Shown piece after piece: positions 13,919 through 24,485 of a DNA stretch of 64,000 bases (within the stretch, counting starts at the first letter, position 1; each line of letters begins with the position of its first letter). The notes beneath the pieces are model-generated. The model was given only the letters and a program-made list of their open reading frames with translations, made no database searches and had not been told where the DNA came from. Location: the NCBI GenBank assembly GCA_046563655.1, contig CM102290.1:8432001-8496000 (forward strand). The letters run 5' to 3'. The DNA comes from Yuukianura sp. NJ FZ-2021 (Eukaryota). A program made the position numbers and the translations under genes.

Positions 13919-14614
13919 TTCATAAAAATGCCGTGGTTACCCAACAAAGTTTTCTGTTGGCACTACCTAGTATTAGGTTTACCTTAGTCCATTTACCTTG
14001 CGGTAAACCGTTAATTTTCGAAATCTGTTTATCAAAAATGAAGTTTTCAAAAGAAAAATCAATTCGCTTTTAATAAGTTTCTCAAAAACACTATTGTAAA
14101 TGCGGTTTAACCTTTTAGAAAGCGAGGCCCAACACTATTTTCCAAAAGTTTTTCCAAAAATATCCTGTTCCAATTAAATTCAACTTCGAAAGTTTTGTTC
14201 AAAAATTAGTTTTCTTTAATCCTGCTTGTACTTATGAGTTAATGCCGGTTAGTTTTTTTTAAAGTAAACTTTTTTTTCAGTTTTAGTTAGTTGTACTTTA
14301 AATTTTTTCGCCAGGTTGGGTAGATTGTTATCAAAAACCTAATTTCAAACAAGATTTGCATGTGTAACGACCAATAAATTGGAATTTAATCCCAGGGAAA
14401 GCAATTCTTTAAGCCTCAAAAAAACAGTCGCAAAACTTTCACCATTCTTCTTTGCCTTTTGAGACAGTCAACTCTCCAATTTTTTTTTGTTTGAGACTTA
14501 CGTTGTGTCCCACGTCGATCTTAGTAGATTGACCTTAATACTTGGGTAGCTCCTTGACTATGTTATGTTTTTGACTAACTTTTAGCTTAAGTTTTTGGAG
14601 TTAATTGGACTCAC

Positions 14615-14810
14615 CTTGTGGGGAATCCAATTAAGGTTAGTTTGTATATGGACACGTTCTGGAAGTATCGTTGGTGGACACAAGGGTGGGTCCTTAGGCG
14701 GGTTCAAGCCAACAGGTTACTGTTGTGTGGCTTCTGGATGTTCTGAAACCCAGTGTAGCCTCTACATTCACTTTTATATCCTCCAGCGCCCACTCGCCCT
14801 TCTGCGTCAA
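14615..14810 (-). promoter_or_regulatory. Probable core promoter and non-coding first exon of the neuropeptide gene
   Basis: On the minus strand: CRE-like TGACGCA (~14809-14803), TATAAAAG (14778-14771), Inr-like TCAGAA (~14746), then a consensus donor CAAG|GTGAGT at 14615/14614. Confidence 0.5.
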
Positions 14811-15136
14811 TCCACCGACGCGGTGTGGCTCACCCTCCACCTAACATTCATCCCTCCTGCGTCTGCTTTTGCCTCTTTGAATAAGGTTTGGTCAGGGGTC
14901 AAATGTCAAACTGACACGGGAGTCAGGTTGGAGAGTCAGAAATTAACGTATGAGTCAAAAGTTAAGCGGTCAGAAGTTAGCGCAGGTCAACTGAGTCACG
15001 GAGTCAGAAGTTACGCTGGGAATCAGGTCAATGTGGCCAGTGAGCAATGCTAGCTGAGAGAGTCATAAGTTAGGTCAAAACTTAGAACCAAGGTCAACTT
15101 ATTAGACTTGGAGTTAAAAGTCATTCACACACACAG

Positions 15137-17775
15137 GCGTCCAGGGCCTGGTGACAAGTCGAAGCCGCTCGCATCCGTTGAAAACTGCTTCTTGCTGCTG
15201 GTGGAGAGAGGAGATGTTGCTTCTATCAAAAGGTAGTTAAAAAATGAGTTGTTTAGAAATTTTTGAAATATTGAAATTTCAAATTTTGAAAAGTTGACAA
15301 GCATATAATGGACTTAAAATGTGGGTCAAAGGTGGAAGTTGTATCTGTGTTCAATCTTTTCTTCATTCTGACACGTGACAGTGACATTGTGTTGAATTGA
15401 AACGATTTAGTTAGAAGCTAGAAATTAGATCAAACGAAATTTTGGCACCAAAATTTTGCCGGAAGCGCCAAGATTAAAATGCTGCCGTCCTGATTTTAGG
15501 TTACTCGAACTTCACAAGGATGAGCCTGAAGTTCTGTCCAATGATTGTGTCGATCTACTTGGAAAGTCCGCCATTGTAATGGCAATTGAGACCGAAAACT
15601 TTGAAGTCATTCAATTCTTTTTCCACAAGTTCAAGGTTTCTGGAGTTTTCCATAAGATCAAGGTCAAGGTCAGTTATACTTTTCAAGGTCAATGGTCAGG
15701 TAGTACGTCATCACAAGAGTGAGGTAACAGGGGGGTTTTCCACCCCTGGATCAAAATAGTATCAAGTACAAAGCTTTAAGCGAAAAATGAATTGTGACGT
15801 TATACGTAAATGGGCAAAAAGTGGCGTCATACTCTGCAGACGAATAGCTCAGGGGTGGAAATGTAGTGATGTAATTTTCTTTCATAATATGAGTTGTATT
15901 TTTGTTTAATTGTATTTATTTAGTTTTTCGTAAATTTTTCTGGATAATTTTTTTGAATGGACGCTCTTTCTGCATAATGTAAAGGAAGAATATGTGGAAG
16001 CAGCAGAACTAGTTTTGGATTGGGATGAAGCACCATGTTCCCGGAAATACATACGTAAAAATTTCCAGAAAATAAGTAAATTTAAGAATAAAATTCGGAA
16101 AACATTTTTGTTGAAAATTTCTTTTTGGAACTCATTAGAGTTGGGAAGCAGCAGATCGAGCTACGTTCACACCCGACATGACTCCCTTCATCTTCGCTGC
16201 CCATAGAAATAACTACGAAATCATCAAAATCCTCCTAGGTCGCGGTGCATCTCTCCCCGTTCCACATCACGTAAAATGTGGATGTGACCTCTGCCTATCT
16301 TTAGCCCAAGAGGATTCACTCACATACTCCAGGTCAACTGTGGATTGTGGACCACAATCCACATTCACATAGGTCATGTAGCCACCCCGCACAAAATCCC
16401 CCTCGAGCTTCACCCCCACCGCAACCCCTTCAATTGATTACTAATTGCCACCTACAGTCCGACTTTCCCCAACGAAAACGTTCTCTTTTTTATTTCTTTT
16501 TTTAGAGACTCTGCCCACTTCAGCAAAGCAGTTCCGGTTCAAAATAAAAAAATGTCGAAATTTCAGTTCTCTGCTTTCCACAAGCTGCCACTCAATTTCT
16601 ACTTGAACAAATCTTAACAAAACTGCTTTTATGAATCATTTTCTAAAGCTTGTGCTTAATCCAAAATTGCTGATTCTGCTTGAAGTCCTACAACATTCTA
16701 GTCGTTTTACACTGTTTTTAAAGAGTTTTGTCTTTTTCTTTTCAAATGCTCAAGTTGTCCCGGTTTTGACGCCTCTGCATTCCCGAAATGTGTCGGAAGC
16801 GTGATCTTGTTCTGTTGTTAAGTAAACCGCAATCCATATTCTCAAGTGAAGTGCCTTTTTGGCACACTGGTGTTCCAAACCGTGCTTATGAAAATTTCTG
16901 CTCAAAATGATTTCCAAAAAGCTACTTTTTGCTCAAAACCTATGTTTATGCACTTCATTGGACGAGAATCAATGCCTACCGAGCCCTTGCGAGTCCGTCA
17001 CTGATCTGCCTCTGTTGTAAAGTTCCATTTCTAACGGCTTTCGAACTTTCCTGGGAATTAAGACGACTGGCTCAAGCAGAAGCTGAGTTTCGTGCAGATT
17101 ACGACGTGAGTGTAGGCATAACCTTATGTAGCACGGACTTTTCAAAAAAATACAACAGCGGCATTTTTCAAAAAAAGAAAAAAAAAGACTGCCGCACTTC
17201 CTTTGGTCACTTTCGAGTTTAATCCGAGTGAAAGCTACATCGTGTTGATTCTCTACTTTTCTTTGAAAGAAAAAGAGAGAGTTCGCCGGCTGTTACAATT
17301 GTGGTAGTGGCTAGAGTCATTCAGAAAGCAGCGATTAAACCAAGTCATAAAAAGGCGGGATTTTTCTTGTTTTTTGATTTTTAAAAGAGAAATGTAACGT
17401 TGTAGTCTTCTCCGTCCAAAATCCTTTGTTTGCGGATTTAAAAAAATTTGGGGGAGTTTTTTTTTTCTTTCATTTTTGAAATTGAAGGCTCCATAGAGGT
17501 TTTAAGAAGTGCGCTTCCTAAAAATCATTTCTTGTCCATTGTAAGCGCCCATTTTCCGTTTTCATTTTTTTTAAATACAAAATTGTGCACTTTTTGTTTT
17601 TTGTGTAGGACTTGCGCAAACAATGTCAAGAGTTTGCGTCGATTCTGTTGCGTCATGCATGAACGTCGACGGTTTGTCAGCAGAGGAACAAAGTGGAGCC
17701 GTGACTGGATAGGTTCCAGCAGAAAAGCAGTCATTATACTGTCACAAATTGGCCATCAAATACAAACTAAAGCAG
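15137..17775 (+). pseudogene. trp: Unprocessed pseudogene of a TRPC-family (TRP/TRPL/TRPgamma-like) channel; only N-terminal ankyrin and helical exons remain
   Basis: Six exon remnants: 15137-15232 FLLLVERGD; 15500-~15635 CVDLLGKSAIVMAIETEN; 15960-16054 DAL/LH..EEYVEAAE; 16139-16332 SWE..FTPDMTPFIFAAHRNNYEIIKILL..PHHVKCGC; 16961-17105 RINAYRALASPSLI..AFELSWELRRL; 17609-17775 LRKQCQEFA..HA*TS..KLAIKYK. Lesions: frameshifts in exon 3, TG instead of AG at acceptors 15958-59 and 16959-60, TGA at 17660-62, and no transmembrane exons seen. Confidence 0.88.
15738..15860. repeat. Small inverted-repeat insertion in a TRP-pseudogene intron
   Basis: TTCCACCCCTG ... CAGGGGTGGAA inverted pair. Confidence 0.35.
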
Positions 17776-18807
17776 GTAAAAAATAATTCAAACCGAATTT
17801 CAAACAATTTGAAAACAAGGTAGGGCGATGCTCAAGGGTTGAGCATAGGTCTTCTGGAGGGAGTTGGCAATTGATACGACATTGAGACCGGCCTACCGCA
17901 AAACTGTGGACGAACTGAAAAACCGTTTTCATGGAATTGATGCTCTGAAACGTAGCTAAAATTTTCAGTGTGAATGTGAGATCTTATTTTGTGCATGAGT
18001 TACACTAAAATTGTCTTGGCAATTTTACAGTTTAATTGCACCAAAGTCATGTTTCAGTTTTGAGGGCCACAATATCTGCACTGAATTGACGCTGTTAATT
18101 TGTTGAGCAAGATACACACAATGTGTTATCGATGTTGCCATGGCAATACATTATAATTAACAGCGTTAACTTAACTCATAATGTTGTTCAAATTGGGCTC
18201 AGATTTGACTCTGTTCAAAATTATTTTGATGCACAATAATTGTTCTCAACCATGCACAAAACTTTCAGTTGCGTGCATCGTGCACAAAATTGAACGTTAG
18301 GGGGGAGGTGTCGAATGTCGTTTCCTAAAAATCAAAATTGGTTTATGTAAATGCACAATTCAACGTTTATGTATCCCTATTGGTCATAAGTGTGCAACGT
18401 GCACAAAAATAAACGCTGGAGTGAGGGGTCGAATATCGCCTGTTAAAATCAAAATTATAAAAATTTCTAGTAAATGCAAAGACCCCTGTTATGCACTATT
18501 CGCATATTAAACATTTAAGCCGGATTTTCTACCCTCTGATCAGTCTTAATTTAACAACGTAATTAAACATACTGCCAGAAAATGACCAGATCAAAAATCC
18601 GTTGTTTATAAATACTTTGAGTGCAATCGAAACCAAAACAGTTTTGCGGAGCCACGATACTGCGGGTACGTAAAGTAGCCGCCAATTTCTGCATTGTTAA
18701 TATAGCAGTTTGAGTGCAATGTAGAGGTAGAGAAAACACTTGAGCGATATAGGACACCCCGTCAATAATGGAGGTAATGTTTCAGTGCAAAGGGTACTAA
18801 AAAACGT

Positions 18808-18892
18808 TACGGACGGACGGACGGACGGACAGACAAAGTCGTATCAATAGTCTTCTTCAGCACGTCGTAGACGTGCGTCTCCAGAAGACTAA
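18808..18892 (+). mobile_element. Helentron/HINE (DINE-1-like) 3' terminus
   Basis: (GGAC)n/GACA microsatellite followed by a nested stem-loop AGTCTTCT..GCACGTC-GTA-GACGTGC..AGAAGACT and an A-run. Confidence 0.45.
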
Positions 18893-19260
18893 AAAAACAA
18901 TAGTTTGGAATTTTTGAAATCCTGCATAAGTTATGAAAATACATTTTTTCCAAAAAGTAAAAAGCTAGAAAGTCAGATGGTGTGATGGCGTTTGAAAAAA
19001 AACAATAGTTTGGAATTTTTGAAATCCTGCATAAGTTATGAAAATACATTTTTTCCAAAAAGTAAAAAGCTAGAAAGTTAGATGGTGTGATGGCGTTTGA
19101 AAAAAAAACAATAGTTTGGAATTTTTGAAATCCTGCATAAATTATGAAAATACATTTTTTCCAAAAAGTAAAAAGCTAGGAAGTTAGAAGGTGTGATGGC
19201 GTTTGAAAAAAGCAATATTTTGGAATTTTTGAAATTCTGCATAAATTATGAAAATACACT
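18891..19260. repeat. Tandem repeat, ~105-bp unit x ~3.5
   Basis: CAATAGTTTGGAATTTTTGAAATCCTGCATAA recurs at 18898, 19003 and 19109, with a diverged copy at 19213. Confidence 0.9.
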
Positions 19261-19304
19261 TTTACATTTAGCTAGTTGCCAAAAATTACCACCTAGAAGG
19301 GTCG

Positions 19305-19455
19305 AGTACTGTCCAGTGCTGTCCAGAAGTGTCCAGTACCGTCCAGAAGTGTCCAATACTGTCCTGAAGTGTCCAATACTGTCCAGTAGTCTCCAGTACT
19401 GTCCAGAAGTGTCCAGTACTGTTCAGAAGTGTCCAATACTGTCCAGAAGTGTGCA
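19305..19455. repeat. Minisatellite of alternating 10-mers (GTCCAGAAGT / GTCCAGTACT)
   Basis: About 15 degenerate 10-bp units are directly visible. Confidence 0.85.
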
Positions 19456-19965
19456 GAATGAAAATGCCTTTTTTTTGGCAAATTTTTAAAATATTTGGCT
19501 AAATATTTTTTAATTTTTTTTTCGAGAAACATTTTTTAAAAATATAAAAATATGTAATATATGTAAGAAAATAATGTTTTGCCCCCTCTGACGATTAGTG
19601 ACATCAACCTTACATATTACATGAAAATTACTTTCTACATAAACAAAAAATTACAGTCCGAAAATCGTAACAAGATTACCTCTCACGAAAGAAAATACTA
19701 CTACATAAAACATAATCGTTCCACCAATTAGTGATAAATAAAGGTTTAAACATAGGCTACAAAAAATTTTCATTACAATTTGAATCGACAACAAAAATTC
19801 GTGGCTTTACTCAATCAGTAAGTTTTTAGACAATGTACGGGTACGGTTATACGACAGTTTACGATAATAGCAGTGGGATAATATGCGCATAAGTAAAAAA
19901 TCATGCGGGTTAATTTAGTTTTAAATATTGTAAGACTTTGTATTGAAGTGAGTTTTGATTGGCTC

Positions 19966-21014
19966 TTAGTTCAAGACGGCCTTCGAGAACTCCAACGTGG
20001 TAGAAGTAACCCACGTAAGAACAGTCAGCATCAACACGATGAATCCACGCGGTGGTGGCATCTGGAAGATGGGGAAGTAAACACAGACGCTCGAAAGGAA
20101 GACGACTGCAAGGCCATGGTTGGAAACGAATAAGTTCAGAAGCATTTTCGGCATGTACTTGGCCACGTGGTATTCTTGCAACAGCTCCATCAAAATTCCG
20201 GCGTCAAAGAAGATCCCGCAAATGGTAACCACGCACAAGTATGCCGAAAAGATGAACATTGCGTATTTGATCAGTTCTGTAAAAACGAAAACAGATGATG
20301 TTAGAATTCGATTACCTAAGGTTACACGTATACTCTAGAAATGACATTTGATTAATAGTTTACCGAGACACCAACTGAGGAGGATAAAAACAGCACGAAT
20401 GAGCGTAATAGTGAAGAGAGACATGGGACGACGACGACGGGCCCCGCCATCATCACGACCAACGCTCGATTTAGATTGGGAACGACCGGGGTCATTCTTG
20501 GACATGGCCTTCCGCGCGACGGGAATGACGATCATCGATATGTCCGACTTCTTGAGAGTCATGTGGGAAACATCTATAGACAACAAAGGAAATCTTGAAT
20601 TAAACACGACTAGCTGGTGAACCTGAATCTACTATGAGATATCAGTAGGCTACAGACCGTTGCCTACGGTTACGGTTAAGTTGCACGTTATAGGAACTGA
20701 CCCTTGACCTCACCCATTATGCCCAATGATGAAGCACGAGGCCGTCGAAGTGGTGCTGGAGCATGTTCACCGGATCCACCACCACCGTTGCCCGGAATCA
20801 GACCTGGCTCAATGTTGTGGTCGTCTCCAGCTGAAGTCTTCGTTGGCATTTCAATTCTTGCCATTCGGCGCCGTGCAATGGGTACTGGAACGCGCGACTT
20901 CTTCGCTCCCTTGTTTTCAAGTTTTGGCTGCCGAATCTCATTGACTTTGAGGGATTTGAGTGGACCTCGTCCAGTGTTTGCTGTACCAACTGAATGATCC
21001 TGACTGACAGACAT
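19966..21014 (-). CDS. Uncharacterised 273-aa protein: basic disordered N-terminus plus ~3-4 C-terminal transmembrane segments
   Basis: Three ORF-track fragments join in frame through canonical phase-1 introns: exons 21014-20714, 20573-20364, 20276-19966 (822 nt, no stops). Hydrophobic stretches: LFTITLIRAVFILLSW, YAMFIFSAYLCVVTICGIFF, LAVVFLSSVCVYFPIF, FIVLMLTVLTWV. Confidence 0.7.
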
Positions 21015-21118
21015 CTTGTCAATTGCTGCGTTTGCGTAGTTCCTTTGATTCCTGCTCTAACGTTCAAATGTTTTTCAAGAGAGGTGTACACGTCCTCACC
21101 CTACGAGATCTGAACGGG

Positions 21119-21154
21119 AACTGAGCGAACTCAGCTGTTGCAGCAGTTTATATA
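21119..21154 (-). promoter_or_regulatory. TATA + initiator core promoter of the orphan membrane-protein gene
   Basis: TATATAAA (21154-21147) followed at canonical spacing by the arthropod-type Inr TCAGTT (21124-21119). Confidence 0.65.
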
Positions 21155-21420
21155 CTGGTGGAGTGATGCGCCGCGCCGTAAGGTTCATGTTTGTAAACAG
21201 TAGGTGTGTTTCCATGCCAAACAAACAACATTTTTTTTTCCTTAAAATTTTGTTCTTATTGTTAGGTTGTACAAATTATTAATCATGAATCCATTCACAG
21301 TATTCTTGATACTTATAATTAGTTTAACCATTCAGTTTGAGGTGGGAACAAGTTGTCTATCTCCAGCGAAGCGAAGAGTCCAAAGAATTGAGGGAGGCTA
21401 ATTTCGAAGTGGAAAATAAT

Positions 21421-21930
21421 TCGCCATCAACACAACATTCCCGATTCCACTGCTGGTGCTGGTTATTAGCACGTGGGGATTTACAGAAGCAAGAAGCATT
21501 GGTAATGGTAAGTGTTTATGATTTTACTTGGCTTGTTGCTGTTTTTTTTATGCCAGACGTGTTCGGTGATGCACCAATTGTTGGAGCAGGATCTTACGTG
21601 GACAAGGACGTTGGTGGAACCGCTGCTGCTGGTGATGGCAATGTATTTTCTATACATCTTCACTATTATTGTTTCGGGAAATTGGATTTTAACGCTGTTT
21701 TCTTTCCTCTTTTTTAGTCTAATCACCGTGGAAAACATGAAGAATAACATACGTCCAAGTGCTGCAGCTCAAGAATCTTGAGTCAAGATGCTTTCGCAAG
21801 AATTGCAAGATTTTATCCCACCTTCCATGGAGTAATTGTTGCTGCCAACATCAATAAAGAATTTGGAGCTGCCTGTCAGGGTCTTCCCGGTGGATTTCCC
21901 TTCACTGTTTGCTCTGAATTCAACAATGGG
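21421..21930 (+). pseudogene. AGA: Unprocessed, internally deleted pseudogene of aspartylglucosaminidase (glycosylasparaginase)
   Basis: N-terminal remnant PLLVLVISTWGF with donor at 21507/8. Exon from 21557 reads RV(+1 frameshift)GDAPIVGAGSYVDKDVGG..AGDG. Exon from 21718 reads VENMK...AAAQ[14-bp insertion]DAFARIARFYPTFHGVIVAANINKEFGAAC..FPFTV. The central part, including the autocleavage Asp-Thr, is absent. Confidence 0.8.
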
Positions 21931-22635
21931 CTCTTCTTTTTTTTTTTTCGAAATGTTGCCTGCTCTCGTAAGTGTTTAATCGTGACCGTGAGGGCTTGAT
22001 AAATGAATTTCTTTGTTCTAAAGTTCTGATCCGGAAAATCCTTTCACAACAATTAGTTTTCATTTTAGTCCAGTGATTCCCGACTTTTCATTAAGGAATT
22101 TCAAGAGTTTTCGTCAGTAGTGACATAGTTTTAAAATCACTTCAAAAAGTTCTTGCTGTATGTCTTCAACTTATTACCGCACGACCGCACCGATAGCCCA
22201 TTGTTTACTCAGACAAAAAAGTGAAGGTCACGAAGGTCATTCCTTCTTCCTTGGTAACTTTCCACTTTCGCACTCATCAGATGACGTGTGAATGGTGTGG
22301 TGGTGAATCGTGATCCAATTCATGCTTCAATTGGACACAAAGAGGGCCTGGACGAGACACACAGACGTATAGTGGAGACGGATAGCTTAAGCTTTTGGAC
22401 TTTTTTTTGTCAGCTGACCTTCAGGCTCACTTGTCATTGTCTTGTGCAGAGCAGACACACAGTGACAGTGCTACCGGTGTCCTCGTGGTGATCAGTTACT
22501 TCTTGACAACCCGGCGTCACGACTCACGCTCCTGTGGGTCTATTGTTAAGTTGCTAGACGTTTGCATTATTCCAGTATTACGTTATCATATACCGTTAAT
22601 TGATTCTCTTTATATAAATATCTTTATAAATCACG

Positions 22636-24210
22636 ATGGAACCAGATAGAAAGAAAACTAAGATGGTGTCAACTTTGGAGCAACTGAAGAAGTTCACAAC
22701 TGTTGTTGCTGACACTGGTGACTTCGAAGGTATCATACTTAATAAATTACTACAGTTTCTTCACAAACAAATTGTGAAAGTGTTTGAGTAAGTGACTTCT
22801 AGATAGTATGTCAAGGTTAGTTTTTTTTTTAATATTTTTCAGCAATCAAGAAATATGAACCAACCGATGCCACGACGAATCCTTCCTTGATCCTTGCTGC
22901 AGCAAAAATGCCGCAATACCAACACTTGATTACTGATGCCATCGACTATGCAAAGAAGAAGTCAAAGTATGACATTTAACTTCCATTGAATCAACACATT
23001 CATTGGTATCCAATTGAGATGTAGCTCATTACCCTATTATTATTTTAGCAACGTTGATGACCAGGTTGTTGAAGCCATCGATCGACTCTTTGTACTATTC
23101 GGAAGAGAGATTCTGAAGATCGTTCCAGGGCGTGTGTCAACGGAAGTGGATGCTCGACTTTCCTTCGACGCCAAGGCAAGTATTGCCAAGGCTCGGAAGT
23201 TTATCAGTCTCTACGAGGAACTCGGAATCTCCAAAGATCGAATTCTAATCAAACTCGGATCTACTTGGGAAGGAATCCAAGCTGCAAGGTAAGTGCCATT
23301 CTCATTTTGGTTATTAAGTAATCATTGTGAATTGTAAAGTTTGGCATCATTGCTTCTTGTTTTGTAGAGTTCTGGAAGCTGAGTATGGAATTCATTGCAA
23401 CTTGACCTTGCTGTTCTCATTTCCACAAGCTGTAGCATGTGCTGAAGCTGGAGTAACGCTTATTTCTCCCTTCGTGGGCCGTATTCTGGACTGGCACGTT
23501 GCGCACACTGAGGTCAAGAGTTTCGAGCCGTTCAAGGATCCCGGTGTCAAGAGTGTGACTCAAGTGTACAACTACTACAAGAAACATGGTTACAAAACCG
23601 TCGTCATGGGGGCTTCGTTCCGGAATGTTGGTGAGTCATTTCTGGGGGGTTTCATGGTGTCAGTTTTGGGAAATCTGAACTGCAAATCCAGAGCGCTGGG
23701 GCTCCAAGCGGCGTGAAATGATGTTCGGTATCATGGACCGAGAAGGTTGCCAAATTAAAAAAAAAAGTTATAACAAGGTGATTTATTTTTGTTCAGGTGA
23801 AATCAAGGCTCTGGCTGGTTGTGACCTCCTCACAATCTCTCCTGGACTACTCGCCGAATTGGAAAACAGTACAGAACCGTTAGTACAGTCTCTCAGCCTT
23901 GAACATGGTAAAAATCATAAATATATAACATACCTAAATAAAAAACGAACATAAACAAAAAATATATTGTAAACATCATAGCCTTTTTCGATTTTCTAAT
24001 GTCTTGTCGTTTTTTCTTCTAGCCAAAAGCCTGGATATTCCAAAAGTTGAGATGAGTGAAAGCACATTCCGTTGGTTGATGAACGAAGATGAAATGGCCA
24101 CTGACAAGTTGGCTGATGGAATTCGCAAATTTGCTGCGGATGCAATCAAATTGGAGAACATGCTTCGAGACAAATTGGAGTCAGCGAAGAACGGTGCTCA
24201 GAAGAAGTGA
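22636..24210 (+). CDS. TALDO1: Transaldolase, 6 exons, 339 aa
   Basis: Exons 22636-22729, 22843-22966, 23049-23288, 23368-23630, 23797-23907, 24023-24210 join in frame. Motifs [61 protein letters not shown]. Confidence 0.96.
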
Positions 24211-24485
24211 AGAAGACGCAAACAAAACATCGAAGAACAGAAACAATCAATTAAAACATATACTAAAAGTATATCGAAGCTCTCAAAAAAAATCATTTTT
24301 AGCTGAAAAGTCTACCATAATTTCACAAATTACTGAGATCAACATGGGATTTCGGAGAGGGGACTCTAGAAAATAAAAACAATATTCACCCATTCCTAGA
24401 TAGTTTTTTAAAAATTATTTTTCATACGATTGAGGGATTTTTCGATGATTAACAATATAAATTACTCAGAAACTACTTAAAAAGT

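Noticed and set aside
14595..15053. 152-aa plus-strand ORF
   Set aside because: Non-ATG start, no recognisable domain, and it overlaps the likely neuropeptide promoter and a GAGTCA repeat tract.
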